Assembly (NCBI GenBank): GCA_035506175.1
Contig: DATJPZ010000023.1
Coordinates: 31,687-95,686 of the forward strand
Direction: 5' to 3'
Source: Thermoanaerobaculia bacterium
GTDB taxonomy: Bacteria > Acidobacteriota > Thermoanaerobaculia > UBA5066 > Gp7-AA6
DNA: 64,000 nucleotides
Below the pieces are notes generated by a model, which ran no database searches, was not told the DNA's origin, and saw nothing but the letters and a program-made list of their open reading frames with translations. This document shows positions 34,926 to 43,370 of the stretch, one piece after another (position 1 is the stretch's first letter; each line of letters opens with the position of its first letter). The position numbers and the translations under genes are program-made.

Positions 34926-35717
34926 CTAGCGCATCCGCCGCGGGAGCGCGTCGAAACCGACGAGCGCGACACCGAGGTCGCGGACTCGGCGCCGGATCGC
35001 GGGGTCGCAGAGGATCTCGCGCTCCCAGTCCCGTTCGTCGGCGTAGCGCGAGCCCCGCCGCAGTTCCTCGTCCACGCGGGCGGGATGGCACATCAGCTCC
35101 GTGACACCCGGGCCGAGGCCGTCGAGCAGACGCGCGAGCGTTTCGGCGGTGGCGCCCCCGGCGTAGAACCCGTCGAGGAACCGGTCCGGCGTGGCGACGC
35201 CGGCCGCCCGGAGCGCCTGCCGGGCCTGATCGCTCGCCGCGCGCGCCGGAAGGCCCCGCTCCCGGGCCACCGCCGCGAAGACCGGGGCGATCGCCGGGGC
35301 AAGCGCGGCGTGGTGATGCGAATCGAGGTGGGTCGGCGGCTTGCGCGCGAGCATCTGGAACACCTCGATCTGCGCCTCGAGCTCCAGGCGGATCTCGGAC
35401 TCGGGAATCCGGGCGGGCAGCTCTTCCGGCGACCGGCGAAAGCGGCCGCCGGGCGCGAGGACCGGAAGGCTCGCGGCGGGCGCGGCCGGAGGGCCGCCTC
35501 CCGTCACGGCGAAGTGGAGCCCGAGCCCGAGTCCCGGCGCCTTCTCCGAGGCCTCGCGGATGCCGCGCGCGGCCGACCTCTCGAGCACCAGGACCGTGGC
35601 CGAGGTGACGATGCCGCGGGCGTGGGCCTCGAGCACCCCGGCGTTGACCCCGGGCGTGCGCCCGTAGTCGTCCGCGTTGACGATGAGCTTCTTCACGACC
35701 TCGAGGCCATTCTGCAT
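34926..35717 (-). CDS. ChbG/HpnK (YdjC) family carbohydrate deacetylase
   Basis: ATG 35717 gives MQNGLEVVKKLIVNADDYGRTPGVNAGVLEAHARGIVTSATVLV. Later motifs are GLHF and HLDSHHH. Confidence 0.75.
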   Translation of the reverse strand: MQNGLEVVKKLIVNADDYGRTPGVNAGVLEAHARGIVTSATVLVLERSAARGIREASEKAPGLGLGLHFAVTGGGPPAAPAASLPVLAPGGRFRRSPEELPARIPESEIRLELEAQIEVFQMLARKPPTHLDSHHHAALAPAIAPVFAAVARERGLPARAASDQARQALRAAGVATPDRFLDGFYAGGATAETLARLLDGLGPGVTELMCHPARVDEELRRGSRYADERDWEREILCDPAIRRRVRDLGVALVGFDALPRRMR

Positions 35718-35758
35718 CAGGTCGCCTCGCGTCCCGGCCCGGAGATAATCCCTGGCCA

Positions 35759-36187
35759 ATGGCCACGCGAGGAGTCCGGGGAGCCACGACCGCCGACCGC
35801 AACGAGGCCGCGCACGTGGCCGAACGGTCGCTCGAACTGCTCCGCGCGCTCATCGCGCTCAACGGCATCGCGGCCGAGGACGTCGCCAGCGCGACCTTCA
35901 CCATGACGGAGGACCTCGACGCCGAGTTCCCGGCGTTGCCGGCGCGCTCGATCGAAGGTTGGGAGAGCGTGCCTCTGCTGTGCGCGCGAGAGGTCCCGGT
36001 GCCGGGTTCCCTCGGCCGCTGCATTCGTGTACTCCTCCACTGGAACACGGACCGGAAGCAGACCGAGGTGCGGCACGCGTTCCTGCGCGGCGCGCGCGAG
36101 CTCCGCCCGGAGTGGTCCGTACGCGTTCCCGGAGACGAGGACGACCCGGAGCCGGTGCGGCTTCCCGGCGCCGTTCGGCCACGGTGA
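35759..36187 (+). CDS. aroH: AroH-type monofunctional chorismate mutase
   Basis: The product reads MATRGVRGATTADRNEAAHVAERSLELLRALIALNGIAAEDVASATFTMTEDLDAEFPALPAR...WESVPLLCAREVPVPGSL, which fits the AroH family pattern. The stop overlaps the tyrA start. Confidence 0.8.
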   Translation: MATRGVRGATTADRNEAAHVAERSLELLRALIALNGIAAEDVASATFTMTEDLDAEFPALPARSIEGWESVPLLCAREVPVPGSLGRCIRVLLHWNTDRKQTEVRHAFLRGARELRPEWSVRVPGDEDDPEPVRLPGAVRPR

Positions 36188-36999
36188 GCCACACGGCGGT
36201 CGTCGGCCTCGGACTGATCGGCGGCTCCGCCGCGGTCGCCGCGGGAGCCCGCGGCTTCGACCGGGACGCCGGCGTTCGCGAGCGGGCGCGCCGCCGCGGC
36301 ATCGCCGTGGCCGACTCGCTCGCCGAAGCACTCGACGGCGCCGCGCTCGTCGTCGCGGCCGCGCGCACGGCCGAAACGCCGGCGCTCCTCGGCGAAGTCG
36401 CCGCGCTCGCTCCCGGCGCGGTCCTGACCGATTGCGCGTCGCTGAAGCGCCCGATCGCCGAAGCCGCCGCGGCGCTTCCGGAAGGCGCCCGCTTCGTCGC
36501 CGGCCATCCGATGGCGGGAGGACGCGGCCGCGGCGTCGAGGCCGCCGACCCGGCCATCTTCCGGGACCGACCCTGGATCCTCGTTCCCACCGCCCGCAGC
36601 GACGCGGCGTCGCTCGCCGCCGTCGAGGCCTTCGTCCGTTCGCTCGGGGGCCGCCCGTTCGTGCTCGACGCCGGGCGCCACGACCGCGCGATGACGTGGG
36701 TCAGCCATCTGCCCCTCGCGGTGTCATCGGCGCTCGCCCGCGCGGCCTCTTCGGGAAGCGGCGACGCGGCGGCGCTCGCCGGCCCCGGCCTTCGCGACAC
36801 GACGCGCCTGGCGTCGCAGCCCGAGGCGCTCGCGCTCGAGCTCGCCCTCGCGGACCCCGAAGCACTCGCGGGCGCGATCGACGCCGTCCGGAGCGCGCTC
36901 GGCGACCTCGCGTCGAGCCTGCGGGCGAGCGACCGGGACGCCGTCCGCCGGTTCTTCGCCGACGCCTCGGCCGCGCGCCGCGACCTCGAGGGCTCCTGA
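36184..36999 (+). CDS. tyrA: Prephenate dehydrogenase
   Basis: A GTGA overlap lies at 36184-36187. Motifs include VVGLGLIGGS (NAD-binding), TDCASLK, FVAGHPMAG and WVSHLP. Confidence 0.85.
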   Translation: MSHTAVVGLGLIGGSAAVAAGARGFDRDAGVRERARRRGIAVADSLAEALDGAALVVAAARTAETPALLGEVAALAPGAVLTDCASLKRPIAEAAAALPEGARFVAGHPMAGGRGRGVEAADPAIFRDRPWILVPTARSDAASLAAVEAFVRSLGGRPFVLDAGRHDRAMTWVSHLPLAVSSALARAASSGSGDAAALAGPGLRDTTRLASQPEALALELALADPEALAGAIDAVRSALGDLASSLRASDRDAVRRFFADASAARRDLEGS

Positions 37000-37012
37000 C
37001 CGCCGGCCGCCG

Positions 37013-38638
37013 TCAGGCGGCAGGAGCCTCGTCGCGAAGGCCGTGGCGCGCGACGACGAACGCGCTCGCGGCGACCCCGGCGACGAGGCCGACGACGACG
37101 AACCCGGCCAGGCGGACCCAGTCGGAGGTCTGTGCCGGCGCGAGGATCTTCGCCGCGGCGCCTGCCACGTCGAGGGCGGCGCCCGGGCGCCCCCGCGCGG
37201 ACTTGAGCGCGGACAACAGCGCCCAGAGGCCGACCGACGCCGCGAAGCCGAAGGCCGCCCACGCGGCGCCGGTCGCCAGCGCGCGAGCGCGCGAGACCGG
37301 CCGCGACACGACCGGCTCGAGCGCGTCGAGCGCCGGCTCGCGGCCGCCGAGCGGCGCGAAGCGCTGCAGGAGCACGAGCCCCGGAATGGAGGCGGCGGTG
37401 GCGCACAGGAAGAACGGCGTCCAGCCGATCGCGTCGGCCGTGAACCCCGCGATGGGACCGGTCACGATCCGCCCGACCGCGAAGATGCTCGAGAACAGGG
37501 CGTACTGGGTGGCCGAGAACTGTTTCTGCGTCATCCGGAGCAGCATCACGCCGAACGCCCCGGTCGCCATTCCCTGGCACAGGTTCTCGACGCCGATCGC
37601 CGCGAGCATCGTCAGGCGGTGCGACGGCGGCTGCAGGACCGCCCCGAGGACCCCGCCCGCGCACGGGCTGCCCGGCGTCAGGCGGTCGACCACGATGTAC
37701 CCGAGGAAGCCGACGGACTGGATGACGCCGAAGAGCCACAGGCTGCGCGTCAGGCCGATGCGGTCGGTGGTGACGCCGCCGAGGAACGCGCCGACGATCA
37801 GCGCGATCAGGCCGATCGTGGCCGTCCCGATGCCGACGTCCTCCGGCGAATAACACTTCTGGATCAGGAACGGCCGGGTCAGCGCGGTGGCGAGGTTCTC
37901 GCCGAACTTGTAGAGCACGAGAAAGCCGAGGATCGGCAGCGCGCCGGAACGGCGGAAGAGCTCGATCAGGGGGTCGAAGACGGCGCGGCGGAGCGACCGC
38001 GGCGGGAGAACCGCGGCTTCGGGCTCGGGCGACCACAGCACGACGAAGGCGAGCGGCACGAACATCAGGGCGAGGACGGTGAACACGGGGGGCCAGCCGA
38101 GCCTCTGACCCGTCGTGATCGTCAGCGCGCCCGCCACGAGGACGGCCGAGCGGGCGAGCGCGTTGCGCGCGCCCACCGCGAGTCCCTGTTCCGGCCGTTC
38201 GAGGACCTCCACGGCGTAAGCGTCGATGACGATGTCCTGCGACGCCGAGCCGAACGCGATCAGCAGCGCGATGACCGCGAGAACGCCGACGTCGGTCGTG
38301 TGGGCGAACCCCGCGAGGGCCAGGATCGACACCATCAGGAAGGCCTGGCACACCACGATCCACGAGCGCCGCCGGCCCATCCTGCCTAAGCGCGGCCCGT
38401 AACGGTCCATCAGCGGCGACCAGAGGAACTTGAAACTCCACGGCGCCTGGGCGAGCGAGAACAGCCCGACCGTCTTGATGTCCACGCCCCGGTAGGTCAG
38501 AAACGCCGGCAGCGCGATCCACACGAGGCCGAGCGGAAGGCCGGACGAGAAGGATTGCAGCGTGACCGCGCCGATCCGTCGAGAGGAAGCGGCGGCCTTG
38601 AGGCTCGCCCAGGTCCCCACCCTGCCGCTCGCTGCCAT
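37013..38638 (-). CDS. MFS transporter of the AmpG (muropeptide permease) family
   Basis: The N-terminal region reads LQSFSSGLPLGLVWIALPAFLTYRGVDIKTVGLFSLAQAPWSFKFLWSPLMDRY. About 12-14 TM segments are present. Confidence 0.7.
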   Translation of the reverse strand: MAASGRVGTWASLKAAASSRRIGAVTLQSFSSGLPLGLVWIALPAFLTYRGVDIKTVGLFSLAQAPWSFKFLWSPLMDRYGPRLGRMGRRRSWIVVCQAFLMVSILALAGFAHTTDVGVLAVIALLIAFGSASQDIVIDAYAVEVLERPEQGLAVGARNALARSAVLVAGALTITTGQRLGWPPVFTVLALMFVPLAFVVLWSPEPEAAVLPPRSLRRAVFDPLIELFRRSGALPILGFLVLYKFGENLATALTRPFLIQKCYSPEDVGIGTATIGLIALIVGAFLGGVTTDRIGLTRSLWLFGVIQSVGFLGYIVVDRLTPGSPCAGGVLGAVLQPPSHRLTMLAAIGVENLCQGMATGAFGVMLLRMTQKQFSATQYALFSSIFAVGRIVTGPIAGFTADAIGWTPFFLCATAASIPGLVLLQRFAPLGGREPALDALEPVVSRPVSRARALATGAAWAAFGFAASVGLWALLSALKSARGRPGAALDVAGAAAKILAPAQTSDWVRLAGFVVVGLVAGVAASAFVVARHGLRDEAPAA

Positions 38639-38666
38639 CGCGCTTCAGTGTACGATCCCGCGCGCC

Positions 38667-39971
38667 ATGACGACCATCTTTGCTGCCCCGGCGCTGGCCG
38701 CGCTCCTCGCGCTGCCCGCCGCGTCCGGCTCGCCTGCCCTGGCCCCGATCGACGCCCTCTACCCCGAGCTCGAGGCGTTCTACATCGACCTGCACCGCAC
38801 GCCGGAGCTCTCGACGCACGAGGAAAAGACTTCGGCCAAGCTCGCCGAGCGGCTGCGCCGCCTCGGCTACGAGGTGACCGACCACGTCGGGGGGTACGGA
38901 GTGGTCGGCGTGATGAAAAACGGCAAGGGCCCGACCGTCCTCGTCCGCGCCGACATGGACGCGCTTCCCGTCGAAGAGCAGACCGGACTGCCCTACGCGA
39001 GCAAGGTCAAGGTCGTGGACGATTCGGGCCACACCGTCCCGGTCATGCACGCCTGCGGCCACGACGTCCACATGACCTCGCTCGTCGGCGCCGCGGCGCT
39101 GCTCGCCAGGGCCAGGGCCCGGTGGCGCGGCACGCTGGTCCTGGTGGGCCAGCCCTCCGAGGAAGGCGGCCCGGGCTCGGTCGGCATGCTCCAGGACGGC
39201 TTTCTCGAGCGCTTCCCGAAGCCCGACTTCGCGCTCGCCCTCCACGATGACCCGAGGCTGCCCGCCGGCATGATCGGGTACACGCCGGGCTACGCGCTGG
39301 CCAACTCCGACGTCGTGGACATCACGGTCTACGGCCGCGGCGGCCACGGCTCGGCGCCCCAGTACACGGTCGATCCGATCGTGGTCGCCGCGCGCATGAT
39401 CCTCGCCTTCCAGACGATCGTCTCGCGCGAGAACGACCCGCTGGATCCCGCGGTCGTGACCGTCGGCATGATCCACGGCGGGACCAAGCGCAACATCATT
39501 CCCGACGAGGTGACGCTCGCGCTGACCGTGCGGAGCTACAAGGACGAGGTGCGCCGGAAGCTGCTCGCGGCGATCGAGCGGATCGCGAAGGCGGAGGCCG
39601 CGGCGGCCGGAGCGCCCCGGGAGCCCTCCGTGAAGATCGAGCTCGGATTCGGCGCGACCTACAACGATCCGGCCCTCACGAAGCGGATCGTCGGAGCGCT
39701 CGACCGGGCCTTCGGGACCGCCAACGTCGTCGAGCAGGCGCCGGTCATGGGAAGCGAGGACTTCGGCGAATTCGGCCGGGCGGCGCACGCCCCGTCCCTG
39801 ATGTTCCGCCTCGGCGCCGTCGCGCCGGCCCGGTTCGAGGCCGTCCACGGGGACGTGACCCAGCTGCCGAGCCTTCACTCGTCGCGATTCGCGCCGGATC
39901 CGGAGCCCACGTTGAAGACGGGCGCCGGGGCCCTGACGGTCGCCGTCCTCGAGATCCTCGGCCGGAAGTAG
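38667..39971 (+). CDS. Secreted M20D-family amidohydrolase (N-acyl-amino-acid / hippurate-hydrolase-like)
   Basis: ATG 38667 gives the signal MTTIFAAPALAALLALPAASGSPALA. Motifs include VRADMDALPVEE, MHACGHDVH, GQPSEEGG and YGRGGHGS. Confidence 0.85.
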   Translation: MTTIFAAPALAALLALPAASGSPALAPIDALYPELEAFYIDLHRTPELSTHEEKTSAKLAERLRRLGYEVTDHVGGYGVVGVMKNGKGPTVLVRADMDALPVEEQTGLPYASKVKVVDDSGHTVPVMHACGHDVHMTSLVGAAALLARARARWRGTLVLVGQPSEEGGPGSVGMLQDGFLERFPKPDFALALHDDPRLPAGMIGYTPGYALANSDVVDITVYGRGGHGSAPQYTVDPIVVAARMILAFQTIVSRENDPLDPAVVTVGMIHGGTKRNIIPDEVTLALTVRSYKDEVRRKLLAAIERIAKAEAAAAGAPREPSVKIELGFGATYNDPALTKRIVGALDRAFGTANVVEQAPVMGSEDFGEFGRAAHAPSLMFRLGAVAPARFEAVHGDVTQLPSLHSSRFAPDPEPTLKTGAGALTVAVLEILGRK

Positions 39972-40008
39972 GGGCGAAGGCTTCCCGCGGCCGGGTCTGC
40001 TTTAGGAT

Positions 40009-41964
40009 GTGCGCGTGGCATCCGCAAGGCCGGTCCGCTCCAAAGCCTCTCCGGCGTCCCGTCCGCGCCCCGAGACGCGCCGCTTCGCCGACGCCGCGGC
40101 CCTCTACGGAATTCCGCACTGGGGCAAGGGCTTCTTCCACGTCTCGGAAGACGGGGACCTCGTCGTGCGCCCCACGCGCGAACCGTCGCGCGGCGTCGTC
40201 CTGAAGCAGATCGTCGACGAGGTCGCCGTCCGCGGGATCTCGACGCCGATGGTGATCCGGTTCCCCCAGATCCTCATGGCCGCCGTGGCGAACCTGAACG
40301 ACGCGTTCGCGCGCGCGATCGACGAGTACGGCTACGGGAACGTCTTCCGCGGCGTGTTCCCGATCAAGGTCAACCAGAAGCGCGTCGTCGTCGACCACAT
40401 CGTCGAGGCGGGACGGCGCTACGGCTACGGCCTCGAGGCGGGCTCGAAGCCGGAGCTTCTCGCGGCGATCGCCGCCGACCTCGGCCCCGAATGCCTGATC
40501 ACCTGCAACGGCTACAAGGACGAGATCTTCGTCCGCATGGCGCTGAACGCCGTCCGGATGAAGAAGAAGGTGGTCCTCATCCTCGAGAAGGTGTCCGAGC
40601 TCGAGCGCATCCTCGACGTGGCGAAAGCCCGAGGCGTGCGGCCGCTGATCGGGATGCGGTCGAAGCTCTACGCGCGAGGCTCGGGCAAGTGGGCCAAGTC
40701 GGGCGGCGAGGCCGCCAAGTTCGGTCTGACGACGCCCGAGATGCTCGAGGCGGTCAAGATCCTCAAGTCCCGGAAGATGCTCGACTGCCTCGTCATGCTG
40801 CACTTCCACATCGGCTCGCAGATCACCGACATCCGCAAGATCAAGGAGGCGATCCGAGAGGCCGGCCGCGTATACGCGAAGCTGCGCGCGCTCGGCGTGC
40901 CGATCCAGTACCTGAACCTCGGCGGCGGCCTCGGCGTCGACTACGACGGCTCGAAGACGGCTTTCGACTCGTCGATGAACTACTCGGTGCAGGAGTACGC
41001 CAACGACGTCGTTTACACCGTCAAGCAGATCTGCGACGAGGAGAAGGTGCCGGCGCCGGTCCTCGTGACCGAGTCGGGCCGCGCGGTGACGGCTTACCAC
41101 TCCGTGTTCGTCACCAACGTCCTCGACGTCGCCGACCGCATCGAGCAGGGGCGGCGCGTGCGCGTCGCGCCTTCCGACCCGACCGTGCTCCAGGAGCTCG
41201 CCTCGGTCTACGAGAGCGTCAACGCCAAGACGCTGCGCGAGAGCTACCACGATGCGCTCCAGTACAAGGAGGAGCTCTTCACGCTCTTCAACCTCGGGCA
41301 CCTGTCGCTCGAGGACCGCTCCAAGGGCGAAATCCTGTTCTGGCAGATCTGCGAAAAGATCCATCGCGACCTGAAGAACCTGAAGGAGGTGCCCGAGGAG
41401 TTCGAGGACATGGAGACGATGCTCGCCGACAAGTACGTCCTGAACTTTTCGGTCTTCCAGTCTCTGCCCGACATCTGGGCCATCGACCAGCTCTTCCCCA
41501 TCCTGCCCATTCATCGCCTGAACGAGCGGCCGACCGAGTTCGGAACGCTCGCCGACATCACCTGCGACTCCGACGGCAAAATCGAGAAGTTCATCGACCT
41601 GCGCGACATCAAGGAAACGCTGCCGCTGCACGCCCTGAAGAACGGCGATCCCTACTACGTCGGCGTGTGCCTGATGGGCGCCTACCAGGACGTGCTCGGC
41701 GACCTGCACAATCTCTTCGGCGAGGTCAACGAGGTGCTCGTCACCGTCGACGAGGAGGGCCGGGCGCACGTCGCCGACGTCCTTCCGGGCGAGTCCTGCG
41801 AGCGCGTGCTCGGCTACATGAACTACGACCGCACCGAGATCCTCGACGCCATCGACCGCCAGCTGCGCCGCGCCGCCGGGCGGCCCCTCAAGAAAGACGA
41901 GGCGCGGGCGATCTACAAGGAATTCGAAGAGGTCTTCCCCCGGTACACGTACCTCGAGCGATGA
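40009..41964 (+). CDS. speA: Biosynthetic arginine decarboxylase
   Basis: Motifs include YGIPHWGKGFFHVSEDGDLVV, TPMVIRFPQIL, GVFPIKVNQ, GLEAGSKPEL, HFHIGSQ and LNLGGGLGVDY. The length is about 650 aa. Confidence 0.9.
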   Translation: MRVASARPVRSKASPASRPRPETRRFADAAALYGIPHWGKGFFHVSEDGDLVVRPTREPSRGVVLKQIVDEVAVRGISTPMVIRFPQILMAAVANLNDAFARAIDEYGYGNVFRGVFPIKVNQKRVVVDHIVEAGRRYGYGLEAGSKPELLAAIAADLGPECLITCNGYKDEIFVRMALNAVRMKKKVVLILEKVSELERILDVAKARGVRPLIGMRSKLYARGSGKWAKSGGEAAKFGLTTPEMLEAVKILKSRKMLDCLVMLHFHIGSQITDIRKIKEAIREAGRVYAKLRALGVPIQYLNLGGGLGVDYDGSKTAFDSSMNYSVQEYANDVVYTVKQICDEEKVPAPVLVTESGRAVTAYHSVFVTNVLDVADRIEQGRRVRVAPSDPTVLQELASVYESVNAKTLRESYHDALQYKEELFTLFNLGHLSLEDRSKGEILFWQICEKIHRDLKNLKEVPEEFEDMETMLADKYVLNFSVFQSLPDIWAIDQLFPILPIHRLNERPTEFGTLADITCDSDGKIEKFIDLRDIKETLPLHALKNGDPYYVGVCLMGAYQDVLGDLHNLFGEVNEVLVTVDEEGRAHVADVLPGESCERVLGYMNYDRTEILDAIDRQLRRAAGRPLKKDEARAIYKEFEEVFPRYTYLER

Positions 41965-43070
41965 GGCGTCGCGCGGCGGCCCTCGCGATCGGCCTGTTCG
42001 CGCTCTCGGGCATCGGACCGGCGGCTCCGGCGCAGCCGGCGCGGCTGGGGGATCGCGTGTGGCGCGTCGGCATCTTCGAGGCGCCGCCGTACACGATGCG
42101 CACCGCGGACGGCCAGTGGAAAGGCCTTCTCGTCGATCTCTGGGCCGAGGTCGCGAGCGAGCTCGGCCTGCAGTACCGTTTCGGGGAAGCGTCTCCCGAC
42201 ACGCTCCTCGACGACCTCGCCCACGACCGCCTCGACGTCGCCGTCGCCCCGTTCGCCGCGACGATCGATCGCGAACGCTCGGTCGATTTCTCCCACGCGT
42301 TCCGGATCCAGGAAATGGGGATCGCGGTCCGCAAGGGTGGCGACGAGGAGCGCTGGCTCCTCGTGGCGCGGGCGCTGACGACGCCGACGGCGATCCGCCT
42401 CTACACGGGGATCACCCTCCTCGTTTTTCTCGCCGGCACGGCGATCTGGCTGATCGAGCGCCGCCGCAATCCCCAGTTCTCGGGCAGCGCGTTTCAGGGA
42501 ATGGGCTCCGGGTTCTGGTGGTCGGGCGTGACGACCGTGGCGGTTGGCTACGGGGACAAAGTGCCGATCACCCTCTGGGGCCGCCTCGTCGCGCTGCTCT
42601 GGATGTTCGTCAGCCTGATCCTCGTCACCGCGTTCGCCGCTTTCGTGACGGCCAAGCTCGCCGTCGCCGAGTTCGGGCAGGTGCGCGGCCCCGCGAACCT
42701 GCACAACGCCGTCGTCGGGACGGTCGAGGGCGCGGCCGTCGGCGAATTCCTGCGGCGCGAGCGCATCCGCCACCGCATCTACCCCTCGATCCCCAGGGCG
42801 CTCCAGAGCCTGCGCTCGGGCGAAGTCGGCGCCGTCGCGTACGACGTCTGGATCCTCGAGTACTTCGTCCAGCGCGAGACACGGAGGGATCTCGAGGTCC
42901 TGCCCCAGACGTTCGACCAGCAGATCCTGGCGTTTCCTCTGCCCGACGGCAGCCCGCTGCGCGACCCGATCAACGGCGTCCTGCGCCGGTTCCTTCCGCA
43001 ACCGGGCTGGCGGGATCTCCAGGACAAGTACCTGTCGAGCGAGAGCACGGCGTTCGAGCCCAGGGAGTGA
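41961..43070 (+). CDS. GluR0-type ligand-gated K+ channel: a periplasmic-binding-protein (SBP family 3) fold split by an M1-P-M2 pore module
   Basis: An ATGA overlap with the speA stop lies at 41961-41964. The signal peptide is MRRRAAALAIGLFALSGIGPAAPA. The S1 lobe reads VGIFEAPPYTMRTADGQWKGLLVDLW. M1 is LYTGITLLVFLAGTAIWLIE. The selectivity-filter-like segment is WWSGVTTVAVGYGDKVP. M2 is LVALLWMFVSLILVTAFAAFVTA, and the S2 lobe follows. Confidence 0.75.
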   Translation: MRRRAAALAIGLFALSGIGPAAPAQPARLGDRVWRVGIFEAPPYTMRTADGQWKGLLVDLWAEVASELGLQYRFGEASPDTLLDDLAHDRLDVAVAPFAATIDRERSVDFSHAFRIQEMGIAVRKGGDEERWLLVARALTTPTAIRLYTGITLLVFLAGTAIWLIERRRNPQFSGSAFQGMGSGFWWSGVTTVAVGYGDKVPITLWGRLVALLWMFVSLILVTAFAAFVTAKLAVAEFGQVRGPANLHNAVVGTVEGAAVGEFLRRERIRHRIYPSIPRALQSLRSGEVGAVAYDVWILEYFVQRETRRDLEVLPQTFDQQILAFPLPDGSPLRDPINGVLRRFLPQPGWRDLQDKYLSSESTAFEPRE

Positions 43071-43086
43071 CGCGGCGGCGGCGGGC

Positions 43087-43300
<214 letters not shown>

Positions 43301-43370
43301 CAAGAAGACCATTTGGCCTCGGACTCGTGATCTGTCCGTCGGATCATGCAGTCGATGCCGATTCTCGAGA

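Noticed and set aside
38638-38667. Only 28 nt between the divergent starts of the AmpG-like and M20D genes, as a special shared regulatory element
   Set aside because: No palindrome or repeat is visible in the spacer. The short distance may simply reflect promoters embedded in the neighbouring coding regions, or a mis-set start.
35898-39878. 1326-aa minus-strand ORF spanning aroH, tyrA, the AmpG-like gene and the M20 gene
   Set aside because: It has Arg/Pro/Gly-rich composition and crosses four genes with clear family motifs in other frames or on the other strand.
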